A DNA stretch of 60,026 nt, counting the filler, from Sphacelaria rigidula (taxonomy: Eukaryota), in NCBI GenBank assembly GCA_964200075.2. It is 8 parts of 8 records of this genome, joined end to end, with 100 filler letters (N's around TTAATTAATTAA, not from the genome) between each part and the next. Parts side by side here need not be neighbours in the genome. Positions count along the whole stretch, not along the records: positions 7,518 to 14,934 come from CAXNAA020015024.1; positions 15,035 to 22,450 come from CAXNAA020015025.1; positions 22,551 to 29,966 come from CAXNAA020015026.1; 5 more parts are not named here. One strand, given 5' to 3'. The notes under the pieces were generated by a model. The model searched no databases. It was given only the letters and a program-made list of their open reading frames with translations, and had not been told where the DNA came from. A program made the position numbers and the translations under genes. Each line of letters opens with the position of its first letter. Position 1 is the stretch's first letter. Below are positions 12,115-22,656 of this stretch, in pieces.

Positions 12115-14892
12115 TTAAATGTCTTGAAAACGCTGCATGGCCAACAAGTTTCGGACATCGCGACCCTTACCTTGTGCAACATCCCGCAAGTCATCGGCAA
12201 GCGTGCCAACGGGCGCCTCTTCGATCAGCTTCGCAGCAACATCATCCTGCCCCGCCTGCCGACACGCATCGATCGCCGACGAATAACACGCGCGGTCAGC
12301 GGTCAAACCAACCGTGCTCATCTCCCGCACAAGCTCCACGGCCTGCTCCCACGCCCCGGCGTTCCCGCAGGCCGCGATCACATCGTTGTAGGTGACCGCT
12401 GTGGGATCGACACCGCCCGCCACCATCTCTCGCAACAGAGAAACCGCCTCCGTTCTAGATTCTCGACAAGCGTGTATGGCCGCATTGTACGCCGGTAATT
12501 CAAGAGGGATGCCGACCGCTTCCATTTCCCTCAGCACTGAAATGGCACGCTCCCACTGTCCTCCGTTACCACAGGCTTCCATGGCGGCGCAGTAGGTGGC
12601 CGCTGCGGGCTCGACGCCCGCGCTCTCCATCTCCCGCAAAATATCCAAGGCTTGGTCTGCCTCTCCGCAGTTTCCTAGGGCGGAAATAATTGCGGTGTAG
12701 CTAAAAACGACAGGAGGCACGCCGGCGGACTGCATCCCCCGGAACACAGATAGAGCCTTTTCCCACTGACCCGCGATTCCGCAAGCGTTCACGGCCGCGT
12801 TGTAACAGAAGCTGTTCGGCGGGAGATCATTCTCGGCCATTTGTGTCAGCATATCCACAGCCTCCTCCCAGCGGCCGCTCTTGCCCAACGCCGTGATTAC
12901 GTTTCTGTAGGAGAGATAATTGGGCGTTACTCCCGCCGTTGGCATTTCTTTCAGGAGCGCAAGAGCCTCGTCTGACTCTCCTGCGCTGGCTAGAGCGCTG
13001 AGAGTGGCCGTGTAAGCGATTACGGTAGGAGGGACCCCCGCCCCGGACATCTCCCTCAGAAGCCTCAACGCTTGCTGCCAGTCCCCCCAAACCGCGCAAG
13101 CACACATCACGGACACAAAGCTGAATTCATCCGGGGGCTTTCCTACAGCCCGCATCTGCCTCAGAAGAGCCAAGGCCTGCTCCAAATCTCCGCTGTTCCC
13201 GCAAGCTGAAATAGCCGTGTTGTAGCTAATCACATCCGGCTCGATTCCCACGGCTGGCATCTCTCTGAGAAGGGCAACAGCACTGTCCCCCTGCCCGCAA
13301 CTACCGAATGCCATCATCATCGAGTTGTACGTGATCACGTCGGGTGTTAGTCCGACCGTAGGCATTTCCCGCAGAAGCGAGACAGCTTCTTCCCACTGGA
13401 GCCCTCGGCCGCACGCCTTGATGGCGGAATTGTACGATGTCACATCGGGTGCAGCGCCGGGAGTTGAAGGCATCTCTTTCAAGAGCTCGAGCGCGGATTG
13501 CCACCGGCGCCCCTCCGCCAGTGCCGACATCACGCTGTTGTAGCTGATTGTGTTCGGTCTGATTCCCACAGTCGGCATTTTTCGGAGCAAGGTGATCGCT
13601 TGCTCCCACTTTCCCGATTTAGCGCAGGCCGCGATGGCAGAGGAGTAGGACACCACGTCAGGCGTCAGAAACTTGCCCGGTTTTCCCATCTCTTCCAAGA
13701 GCTCCATTGCCGTTTCCCACGCCGAGTTTTTCGCGCACGAGTCGATGACACAGTTGTACGAAATGACGTCGGGGGGAACTCCGGATTTTGGCATGTTTCT
13801 CAAAAGTTCGAGTGCCTTCTCGTGCTGCCCGCACTGAGCGCAGGTTGAAATGACCATGTTGTAATTGATCACGTTGGGCTCGTTCTCCCAACTGTGCGCT
13901 TTTTCAAGCAAATTTACGGCCACTTGCCACTGCATGGCGGTCCGGCACGCCGAGAGAACCACCGAATAATGACCGGTAGTCGGCGCGATGCCTTCGTCCC
14001 GCATCGTGTCCAGCAGCGACAATGCCTGTTCCCACTTTCCACCCTTCGAGCACGCCATCACAACCCCCCCGTACGTCCATGCATCAGGCTTCAGCCCCGC
14101 GGTCGACTCCATTTCTTTCAGCAAGTCTAACGCTTCCGACCAATTCCGGCCGGCCACACATGCCTGGATCGCCGCGTTGTAGCTAGGAACATTGGTGATC
14201 AGACCGCGCGTCCTCGCAAGGTGCATGAAGTCTACAGCCTCGGCCCCACGGTCGTTCTTCGCGCAAGCGGTCATCACGGCGGTGACAAAATACTGGTTCA
14301 GCTCTCCACCCAGCGCTTGAACTCTGTCCAGAATCCCAATCGCCTCTTGCCAGCGGCCAAACTTCCCCAGCTTAATAATGGCAGCTGTGTAGACACCGAT
14401 GGGTGCTAACGCAGGTTCCGGCGTATGCGGCGGCGACAGCTCACCAGCGGTAGCGGTATTCGCCGTCGCCGCTTCCTTGCCGCCGCTTGCCGATTTTTTT
14501 GACGCGATGGCTTCTCCTTCCTGCTCCTCCGCCTTGTCCAGCTGTGCGAGTATCAACTCCCAGTCGTGACTTTGCGCGTTTTGTATTGACCGTAGAAGCT
14601 TGGCCCGTCTCGCGAGCTCCTGAGATCTTGCGCGGGTCACCCGCCTCCGGCTGCGCTGGTCATTGTGTTGGTGTGCCCCTGTTTTGTTCTTCGAGCTTCG
14701 CTGTTTTTTCCGAGGCTTGAAGCTTGTTCTAGTCAGGGCTTCTGTGGGGCGAGTGGGGGTATAGGCGGTTTCGTTTCCGGCATGTGGGTTCCAAATAAAC
14801 ATCGAAATTTTGGATACTTTGAGTTCAAGATTAAAATGTGAGGGGGGGGGGGGGGGGGGGGAAAAAGCAAGCATTTTGGGAGGTGGGTTCAC
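12115..14892 (-). CDS. P-type pentatricopeptide repeat protein (~21 repeats); true start uncertain
   Basis: Uninterrupted ORF with tandem 35-aa motifs such as VISYNTAISACGNSGDLEQALALLRQMRAVGKPPD. No E/DYW domain seen. The region above ~14780 is low-quality contig-end sequence. Confidence 0.95.
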   Translation of the reverse strand: MNPPPKMLAFSPPPPPPSHFNLELKVSKISMFIWNPHAGNETAYTPTRPTEALTRTSFKPRKKQRSSKNKTGAHQHNDQRSRRRVTRARSQELARRAKLLRSIQNAQSHDWELILAQLDKAEEQEGEAIASKKSASGGKEAATANTATAGELSPPHTPEPALAPIGVYTAAIIKLGKFGRWQEAIGILDRVQALGGELNQYFVTAVMTACAKNDRGAEAVDFMHLARTRGLITNVPSYNAAIQACVAGRNWSEALDLLKEMESTAGLKPDAWTYGGVVMACSKGGKWEQALSLLDTMRDEGIAPTTGHYSVVLSACRTAMQWQVAVNLLEKAHSWENEPNVINYNMVISTCAQCGQHEKALELLRNMPKSGVPPDVISYNCVIDSCAKNSAWETAMELLEEMGKPGKFLTPDVVSYSSAIAACAKSGKWEQAITLLRKMPTVGIRPNTISYNSVMSALAEGRRWQSALELLKEMPSTPGAAPDVTSYNSAIKACGRGLQWEEAVSLLREMPTVGLTPDVITYNSMMMAFGSCGQGDSAVALLREMPAVGIEPDVISYNTAISACGNSGDLEQALALLRQMRAVGKPPDEFSFVSVMCACAVWGDWQQALRLLREMSGAGVPPTVIAYTATLSALASAGESDEALALLKEMPTAGVTPNYLSYRNVITALGKSGRWEEAVDMLTQMAENDLPPNSFCYNAAVNACGIAGQWEKALSVFRGMQSAGVPPVVFSYTAIISALGNCGEADQALDILREMESAGVEPAAATYCAAMEACGNGGQWERAISVLREMEAVGIPLELPAYNAAIHACRESRTEAVSLLREMVAGGVDPTAVTYNDVIAACGNAGAWEQAVELVREMSTVGLTADRACYSSAIDACRQAGQDDVAAKLIEEAPVGTLADDLRDVAQGKGRDVRNLLAMQRFQDI

Positions 14893-14934
14893 CCCAAGTT
14901 TTGGTGTTTGAGCTTTTGCCGGGGGCTGTTTACG

Positions 14935-15034
14935 NNNNNNNNNNNNNNNNNNNNNNNNNNNNNNNNNNNNNNNNNNNNTTAATTAATTAANNNNNNNNNN
15001 NNNNNNNNNNNNNNNNNNNNNNNNNNNNNNNNNN
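14935..15034. other. Artificial contig linker
   Basis: N-run + TTAATTAATTAA + N-run. Confidence 0.98.
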
Positions 15035-15310
15035 GGGGGTGGAGGGTTTGTACTCATGATTTTGCATACCATAGTCATATAGCCATTGGCCTCGCATCCC
15101 TGCAAAGCCGGCATGGAGGACGCCGGGTTGTTGCTGGACTAGGCTCGCAACCACCAAGCGCGGGGCACCGTGACGTGTTCGGCGAGTCGCATGAACGGTG
15201 CGATGTGTCCTGCTAAGATTATTCGGCCCCAATCGTACTGATTATCTTGCACATGAATGTCGGCATCGACTGAGTTGCTACATATTCCGGTGTCACCACT
15301 TCTAGCCATT
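15035..15310 (-). mobile_element. 3' end of a second oligo(C)-tailed LINE-like family
   Basis: Minus strand GGGATGCGAGGCCAATGG...ATCATGAGTACAAACCCTCCACCCCC matches 52612-52674 and 39335-39630. Confidence 0.7.
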
Positions 15311-15843
15311 CCTTTTGCGAGGGGGTGAGGGTTTTCCCACTCGCAGAATATGATGCAACTCAATCACCGCCACGGTTACTACGACAAAACGCGAACAAAA
15401 AAAGAGGACCGGTAACCTGGTAGCCTAGCTTACGCATAGAGTGGAGTATTTTACAACGTCATTGCCACCGACGCCAACTCTCAAAGGAGGGGGGGCTAAG
15501 GGGGCGAAGGGGCATCGTCACTCCCCACAAGTTGACGATGCGATCTGATCGCCCGTATCGAAGTTCCCCTGAAATTCTGCGGCTATCGTGGGCGGCTGCT
15601 GTTCAGACTGAAGTAGTAGTGCGTTTAGAGTCACACTGTGTTCTAAATATGTACTCGCGATCATGCCGATGAAAAATGGCTCCTCGTACGGTACGGACTT
15701 ATGTGGGGGAGGGCAGTATGGCCTGAAGTGCAGAGTATTTCGCGAGCGTTACTCAACACGCCAGTAAGGGGCTGCGAATGATGACCTGGTTTGGAAACAA
15801 TCCACGACGGTTAATGGCGCTGGGTACCACCATTGCGGTTCAC

Positions 15844-15989
15844 CTTGATGCAACGATGGACGTCTCGAAGAGACACTGTCGCGCGCTCGCCCCCGTGAAT
15901 CGCACGCACACTCTCCTGCGCTGTACCCAAGCATTTGGCGAAAACGTTCTGTAGTTCGGCCGAATCACCCGTCTCCCAGGCCGCGGCTC
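15844..15989 (-). CDS. RNF213-like AAA+ protein, visible exon 9
   Basis: CACAG|...|GTGAAC. Encodes AELQNVFAKCLGTAQESVRAIHGGERATVSLRDVHRCIK (RNF213-type VSLRDVxRC). Phase 1 to 0. Confidence 0.85.
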
Positions 15990-16411
15990 CTGTGTGGGAG
16001 ATCGGTAAACCTTAGCTCCAGAATCCATACGTTCAGATCTAGCGTGTACTACAGCCGGATACCACTATCTTGAGTGATTTGGTACTGTTCTGCTGGTGTT
16101 CGCTATGACATAAATGTGGTCTCTGCTCCAGCAACAATTGGTACCATGACCTTCGTGCCGTTCATTGATATGCCCATAAAAAAATATTGGCTCACGTTGG
16201 CACTACTCACTTGCGCTTATGGGGGTCTAATTGAAGAAGTTGCTTGCATCCACAATCCCCCGTCCATCAACCCCAGCAAAAGTAACAAAAGACTGTTCAT
16301 GGATCAGTTCGTTACCCATATATCTTAACCCAGTTCTCTTGTTGATCTCCTTAAAAGAGGGCTATCTCAACCATGTCATATGCTATGTGCATTCGTCAGT
16401 CGACTGCATAC

Positions 16412-16547
16412 CGGCGGCTTCTTCCCTCATAAGGTTCTTGAGCATAGCCGAGATATACATTCCCTCCGTCTCAGGCGACAGGCTCCCGTAGTCCGCAACG
16501 TGATCCACTAGACTCTCGTGAAGTGGATTTACGCGGTACACCAGTTC
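16412..16547 (-). CDS. RNF213-like, visible exon 8
   Basis: GTCAG|...|GTATGC. Encodes ELVYRVNPLHESLVDHVADYGSLSPETEGMYI (LVYRV..LP.S...V.DFG.L). Phase 0 to 1. Confidence 0.9.
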
Positions 16548-17581
16548 CTGACATTCAAAGGTCCAGTTCGAGGGCAGAATATTATGCCGAGAATCGGCCT
16601 GGAGAGGTGATAAGCTCATGATGACTGATTTCTTGTTGATGGATTGTACGGTATCAGAGTGTGTGTGCGCGAAAAATAGAGATTCAGGGTGCAGGGACAC
16701 GACTTATATGTCATGGCTCCCCCTTTCGACCATTGCAAAACACACAAGGGGCTACATGAATAAAGTCGTCACCTGTCGCGGAACCGCTCAATGCCAAACT
16801 AGAGGAGTGAATTTGACAGGAATTCCGTACGAAATGAGGAGGCAGACCAAAACACCTCGCCCTGATATACCCGTTTTCACAGACACGGCTGAAATAGGCC
16901 GATGGGAACATCGAATGGACCTCTCGCCACGCCGCATTTCGGCATGATTGCGAAGATATGGATCATCACACACCTAAGAAGGGACTGATATCTACCATGT
17001 TTTCTGGGATAGAGCACAGAGTTGGAAGTGTCGCGCATCATCTACGCGATTCAGCAGACACACGACCAACGGACGTGTTGTACTGGTACAGTCGCACCTG
17101 CCTTTAATGGTGAGGTGAGTTTTGTCACTGTACAATATACAGGGCCAAGGAATGAATGCGTTGGCGGGTTGCGAGTCGGAAAGCAACGGTACGCAAGAGA
17201 GCATGTACTACGCCGAACCCCCCCCGCTCTTACGCACGTCATGAAGGCCAGCGATTCATCAGACATCAGACATCATCCAGAACGCTACAATCTACCATTA
17301 TACCATTCTTTGGTGACCAAGCGCCAGAATGGCAGCAGGAGTACCAAGCAAAGGGGTGTGCACACCAAGACGAGGTATAAACAGTTCACCGTGCAAAGCT
17401 TCCAGTGTTGGTGGAAGAAGACGTGCAACATAGACCTCCCTCGATGGCTGCTGGCCCAGCTCGTACTGTGTGCAAACTGACACGTCCATCCTACTGTGTG
17501 CTTAAGTACAGACTGTATTGTACTGTCTAGTGCTGTCTGATCACACAAACGCGCGATTAATGATAGTCTGCTACTCCTCAC

Positions 17582-17772
17582 CCGACGTGGGTCGCATATG
17601 CCGCTGGCTAGGCCAACCACACCCCCTCCCTTAACCCTGGCCTTTGCCTCGTCATGAGCGCCATGTACTCGTTTCCGCATGCGGTAGGGGTTGCACGCGG
17701 CCACAATACGAAGATTTCGCGGGAGTGGCTTCCCTGACACAGTGCCATCGCAGATAATTTCCTTGAAGAGAT
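17582..17772 (-). CDS. RNF213-like, visible exon 7
   Basis: TACAG|...|GTGAGG. Encodes DLFKEIICDGTVSGKPLPRNLRIVAACNPYR. Phase 1 to 0. Confidence 0.9.
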
Positions 17773-18354
17773 CTGTATCGACGGAGGTAGGTGGAGTAAT
17801 CACGAACGGTATGGAGGTGCTAAAACTTTGCCTCGGACCGAACCCATTGGGTGGGGAGCATCGGCATCACGAAACAGTAGATGCGACTTGATTATGTGGA
17901 CCAAACGTCAACGCCTACCCGTAAAAACCCATATCGTGAGGAGTACCGCATCCCACGCGCGCTTGAAAGCAAAACATGGGCTACCCATTCCCGCAGTCTA
18001 ACGCTAGCGTTCCAAAAAGCTATGTTGTGACTCAAGAGATCAATCTATCGCAAAAGTAGTCACACTGTGGTGGGGGTCGCGAAATATATCGAAACTGGCA
18101 TCTACGGTCACATCGTCTGAGCGAGGCGTGGATCATTTACCATTACCGGAATTTTCCAAATTTCTACAACATGATCGAGATCGGTGTTCAAACCCCACAA
18201 GATTCGCGGTTACGTTGGGATCGACGACTAGTCCGCGGCCTGCTGTGTGAGAATGATGTAAGCTTTTTATGTATCGTCCGATCCTGTTTTGTGCAAGTCA
18301 CCGCCACACACTCTTGCTAATGAGAACGTAAACCATCCACCGACTCGACCTCAC

Positions 18355-18595
18355 CGACGCTACTGCATGCGTTGATTTCATCGAGCAGAATGACGCTAAC
18401 ACGCCCGTCATCGTCCACGTCCCTTCCAGCGCAAGCCCTCGCGCGTCCCTCTACCCATGCCGCGATATCCGCGTAGGACAATCCACTGTGCACGTTGAGA
18501 ACGTTTAATGGCCATTCGAGAATGCCGCACATACAGGAAATCAAGCTAGACTTCCCGCAGCCGGTTTCCCCCGATATCACCACAGGCATCCGAGC
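18355..18595 (-). CDS. RNF213-like, visible exon 6 (Walker A/B)
   Basis: ATCAG|...|GTGAGG. Encodes PVVISGETGCGKS and VILLDEIN. Phase 0 to 1. Confidence 0.92.
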
Positions 18596-18969
18596 CTGAT
18601 GGGTTCAACAGGCAACAACGAGTTGAATTTGCGTTGCGGTCTCATTTTTGTTCTTCCTTTTCCTGCTTCCTTTTTTCTACTGCACGAGTGTCCTTTGTCG
18701 CCACTTTTGCTGTTTATATAATTTTGGCGCATTCATCTTCGAAACATAGATGAATTCGTTGTGGATCCCTTTGACGTCAGACAGCCGGACATCGCATTGA
18801 CAGTCCGGTGTAACCTACGGAAATGGCGAGTAGCTCCGGGGCCAGCGGGTGAGCATCTACTTGAAAATGTACCAGCCCTACTCCCTAGCGCTGTCGGTGT
18901 AGTTGCCACGACATGGTGTGAAATGACAAAATGGGAGGAAGAGTACTCTTTCCAATAAAGCGAGTGCTT

Positions 18970-19079
18970 CACGGGTGGCCACTGGGGTGCCTGTAACCTC
19001 AAATTTGGACGTTATAGACGTTTCACAAGATCTGTAACGTCCAAATTTGAGGTTACAGGCACCCCAGTGGCCACCCGTG
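18970..19079. mobile_element. 110-bp hairpin MITE (CAC...GTG termini) in an intron
   Basis: 49-bp arms with one mismatch and a 12-nt loop. TIR CACGGGTGGCCACTGGGG is shared with 36909-37201. Confidence 0.85.
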
Positions 19080-19239
19080 TCAGGCGCTTGATCCTCTACA
19101 ATGCAAATTAACGTAGTAGTATATCCATAACGTCGGAAAACGTGCATCACCCGGGGCGATATCTTCCGCAACCTTCAAGTACTATTGTGACCCGAAGACC
19201 TACTGAATGATTTTCAGCTATCTCCGGACATTGGCGTAC

Positions 19240-19373
19240 CTGTAGACGCAACGTGATGCCGAGCATCTTGACGAGGTTGTCCAGAGTGAACACGTAGTCC
19301 ATACCCTTGTGGGGATCAGGGATTGTATGCTGGTTGCCAGCTACGCCACCGATATCTCGCAATAAGCTGACGG
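19240..19373 (-). CDS. RNF213-like, visible exon 5
   Basis: Pyrimidine tract-AAAAG|...|GTACGC. Encodes DYVFTLDNLVKMLGITLRLQ (Y.LT.DN..K...I..R). Phase 1 to 0. Confidence 0.88.
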
Positions 19374-19775
19374 CTTTTCGGAGACAAAAGAAGAGAGGTA
19401 TTGTGTGCGCAATATCGACGAAGAATTGGAGCATTAGCCCGAAGAGTACTTTGCAAATACACGTATACTGCGCATAGGTACAACATGCGACAACACGCGA
19501 TATTTTCAACGAAAGGGCGGTGCTTCGGTAAATACAGACATATTACCTCACACCCGATACCGTAGACGGCTCAATGGATCGCGCAGGTTCAAATTCCTGA
19601 ACAAGACGCTTGCGCAGCTTCAGGCAAAAGTTCGGTATATACTGAACATGATGCTGCGATGGTCAGCGGAAGCAGCGGTAGCCTAACGGAGTTTACTGCA
19701 CGAGAGACACGAAAGCTCGAACCCGGTCTACCGTTGTACATTTCGCATATGGGCCGCAACCGTCAACTCTCGCAC

Positions 19776-19873
19776 CTTCACTCCCGGAGATAGCAGTCCA
19801 GTCTTTGCAAAGATCGATCCCATTAATCTGCAGGGTTTCCTTGAGGGGGCCATCGATAAACGTGTCCGCAAGT
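19776..19873 (-). CDS. RNF213-like, visible exon 4
   Basis: GCCAG|...|GTGCGA. Encodes LADTFIDGPLKETLQINGIDLCKDW. Phase 2 to 1. Confidence 0.78.
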
Positions 19874-20495
19874 CTGGCGACCACGATCAACAGCATACAT
19901 ATGTATGTAGTATTAGCCGCAGAGGGATGAAGCGTCCACCGTTGCAGTAGGAGAGTACCAGGGGAGTTGCACTTCCATCAATTCGCACTCAACAACAACT
20001 ATCGACAAGAGCGGTCGATATGTGCTTGCTGAAATCATTGTTGCTGCCACTTGTGCACCTAAATTTATGTAATTGCCTCCACTCGTTCTCCCCGGGGATT
20101 TGGACTGGTACGTCGACTGACCCACTACCACGATACCTACTTGATACATAATTATGGAACTTATTATGCTCCTTACTCACCACGCGCGTTTGAAGGACCT
20201 GCCCGCGTTTGAAATGCCTGCCCCAGATTGCCAGCACAAGCTTCATGTCCGAGCAGTGCTACGGTAGGGGTGCGCTTTTGGTTTATGGGGCTCTTTGTTG
20301 TTGGAGTCTCTCCATGAAAAATATGCGGGTCTTAGTGTGCAGCCTCAGAAACCTTTTGGACTGAAAAGCGCACCCCTACCGTGGCATTACTCGTCCATTG
20401 AAATTAATTCTTCCTCCAGGTTCAATGAAAAACAAACTGTCCACACAGTGCGAGCGTGTGAGCCACCCCGTCATGATACTGTGACAATGAAATAC

Positions 20496-20665
20496 CTTTG
20501 GTGGATGTTTAGGCTAAGGATGTCGATTCCCGAGATTTCGCGCACGCCGTTTCTTGGCTCGGCCTTGAAAACCACCACGGGGTGATCTGACATCCCCGCC
20601 ATCGCTTGAAACCGTGCGGCAAGCCGATAGCAATCCCTTGCAGCAGCTTCAACGTCCGGGGGTAC
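20496..20665 (-). CDS. RNF213-like, visible exon 3
   Basis: Encodes RFQAMAGMSDHPVVVFKAE. Donor AG|GTATTT; acceptor GAAG is weaker. Phase 0 to 2. Confidence 0.7.
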
Positions 20666-21356
20666 CTTCACGAGGTTGTAATTGCGCCGTCCACAACGTG
20701 TGCCGGTTCATCCATTAACACTCTGAATAGACAATGCTTTAAGGATAAACGGGCATCTCTCCTACAGTTTGACTGAACGAATACACGCTGGTTTCACGTA
20801 GTCATCGTTTTACTTTAATCATGAGTTGTACTCAACTCAAAATGCCAAATGTTCCACACGGAGGAAGGTATGATCCTGAAAATTGCACGAATTCCTCCTC
20901 ACACCCTGTGGAATCACTCAATGGTGTTACATTGCATGGTCCACACTGCAGGGTGGTTGATGTTGGCTCCGGGTGCAAGCGCTAAGTTGATCCCTGAAGT
21001 TGTCGAAGGGCGATCACAATGTTTGATGACTATGTGGGTGCGGAAGCCCTCGCGAAAATCCCTTGCTACAGCTTGCGCCACTCGAAAATGTATGCCAAGC
21101 ACGACACGATGTGTTGAACTGCAATCTCATTCCGATGTACGATCCAACCCGCAACCAACGGCCTGAAGGGAGCAAGATTCACAAGAGCAAAGTCCCACTT
21201 GGCATGTACCCAGTTGTCCGATATGTGGATAGATCTCGAGTCTGCCCGAAAGGTGAGGAGGGTATGGGAAGTTCGCAAACTTATCGTGGCCTTCTCATCT
21301 CAGCTCTCAAAGTCGTCTCGGTATTCTCTCGAACTTGTCTGGATATACACCCTCAC

Positions 21357-21462
21357 CTTGTTGTCCCGCTCGGATCCATCACAGGACACTAGAGACACCT
21401 GCGGGACCGAGCGCAGCGAGAAGTCTTTGGCGCACTCGATCAGTATCCTTACGAAGACATCC
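21357..21462 (-). CDS. RNF213-like, visible exon 2
   Basis: ATCAG|...|GTGAGG. Encodes RDVFVRILIECAKDFSLRSV (F....A.DF...S). Phase 2 to 0. Confidence 0.82.
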
Positions 21463-21944
21463 CTGATGCGGCAGCCAGAAGCAGCATGGGGGGCAAGATG
21501 AGGAGCAAAGTAAGATTTCGGGGGGATGGCGATTCAGTTGCTCTGACAGATGATCGTTCCATTCTTTCCTAAACTACCCAAGTCTACGGTGTTCTTCAAA
21601 CTTCACCTTGATCGTGAAGCGGGTCCTTCGTGAGGATCCGTTCAGGGAAAATATCAGTCAAGAGTAGGTCGATTTAGAAAGGGATAATCGTGCCGATATC
21701 CACGCTTTGAGGGGTGGTTCCAGCGACAGGACCCATCCTGGCTTGGTTCCAACCAGCAAGGCATGAATGGCACCCAAGGTATTTTAGTGTTGATGTATCA
21801 TAGCCACCATTTCCTAGCTTTCCGGGTTCAATACAGCGTAGCTTCAGCGTTTGATTTGCGGTGATGGGCCATCTCAGGTCAGTCAGGACTTGAATTCCCG
21901 AACAAACTGAAAGGAAAAACTGCAAGGGGTCAGCTTTGCCACAC

Positions 21945-22092
21945 CTGAAAGTCTCAAGTCCGTGCTCGTACTGACTTCTCTGGGCCACCTCCGCCGCCAG
22001 AACCGGGTATCGTTCCACATTCCCCAGTTGGTGCGAAAGAAGTCTCACAAAAGTGCGGAAGATCCCCCAAGTTGGTCGCTCAGATGGCCCAC
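21945..22092 (-). CDS. RNF213-like, visible exon 1 (gene continues beyond both contig ends)
   Basis: CTGCAG|...|GTGTGG. Encodes PTWGIFRTFVRLLSHQL (cf. PSW..LRNF..FL..QL). Ends in phase 2. Confidence 0.8.
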
Positions 22093-22239
22093 CTGCAGTT
22101 TAAGTAGAAAACGCGAGGGGAATCGCGCCGTTGCTTCGCCACGGTGAACGTAAAGGTCAAGTGGGGCGATCGACGGTGGCACGGGTTACCCGTCACGCAA
22201 AGTAATGAACAGACAATTCTAAAAATGAGATTGTACGAT

Positions 22240-22450
22240 GAAATGAGGTTCAAGCCCAAATCAGTGCTTCCCCCACACTTTCAGCGATGGTGCCCAATGA
22301 CGTTTTTTTCGGCCCAATGCCCCTCGATCGTGTAGATACTGTTTCAGCGCATTTTACCAACTCTGTGAGCTTACAGCGCCGACCGAAACCGTCGTTCCCC
22401 CTGACATCACCGGCCCCCTGTGAGGCAATGTATAAGCCGTGGCTGTCTCT
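22240..22450 (+). repeat. Dispersed repeat
   Basis: GA.ATGAGGTTCAAGCC...CCCCACACTTTCAGC also at 29920-29966. TGTATAAGCCGTGGCTGTCT also on the minus strand near 39595-39616 and 45172-45200. Confidence 0.7.
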
Positions 22451-22550
22451 NNNNNNNNNNNNNNNNNNNNNNNNNNNNNNNNNNNNNNNNNNNNTTAATT
22501 AATTAANNNNNNNNNNNNNNNNNNNNNNNNNNNNNNNNNNNNNNNNNNNN
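22451..22550. other. Artificial contig linker
   Basis: N-run + TTAATTAATTAA + N-run. Confidence 0.98.
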
Positions 22551-22656
22551 CTGCTCTCTTCCGTTCTTGAACCCGAGCATCAGGCGCTGTATGGCCATTT
22601 TTTCCGTGACACTTTTAGCTGCTTTTGGGGGGGGGGGCTATCGTAGAAAGTGTCTC
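22551..22656. mobile_element. Terminus of a Sola2-type MITE
   Basis: GGGGGCTATCGTAGAAAGTGTCTC; the reverse complement matches 33296-33382. Confidence 0.65.

Noticed and set aside
11865-14720. Multiple plus-strand ORFs overlapping the PPR gene
   Set aside because: Shadow frames of a GC-rich coding sequence.
14780-14892. Predicted PPR N-terminus MNPPPK...PPPPPP
   Set aside because: Lies in homopolymer-rich contig-end sequence with a non-ATG start, so no targeting peptide can be inferred.
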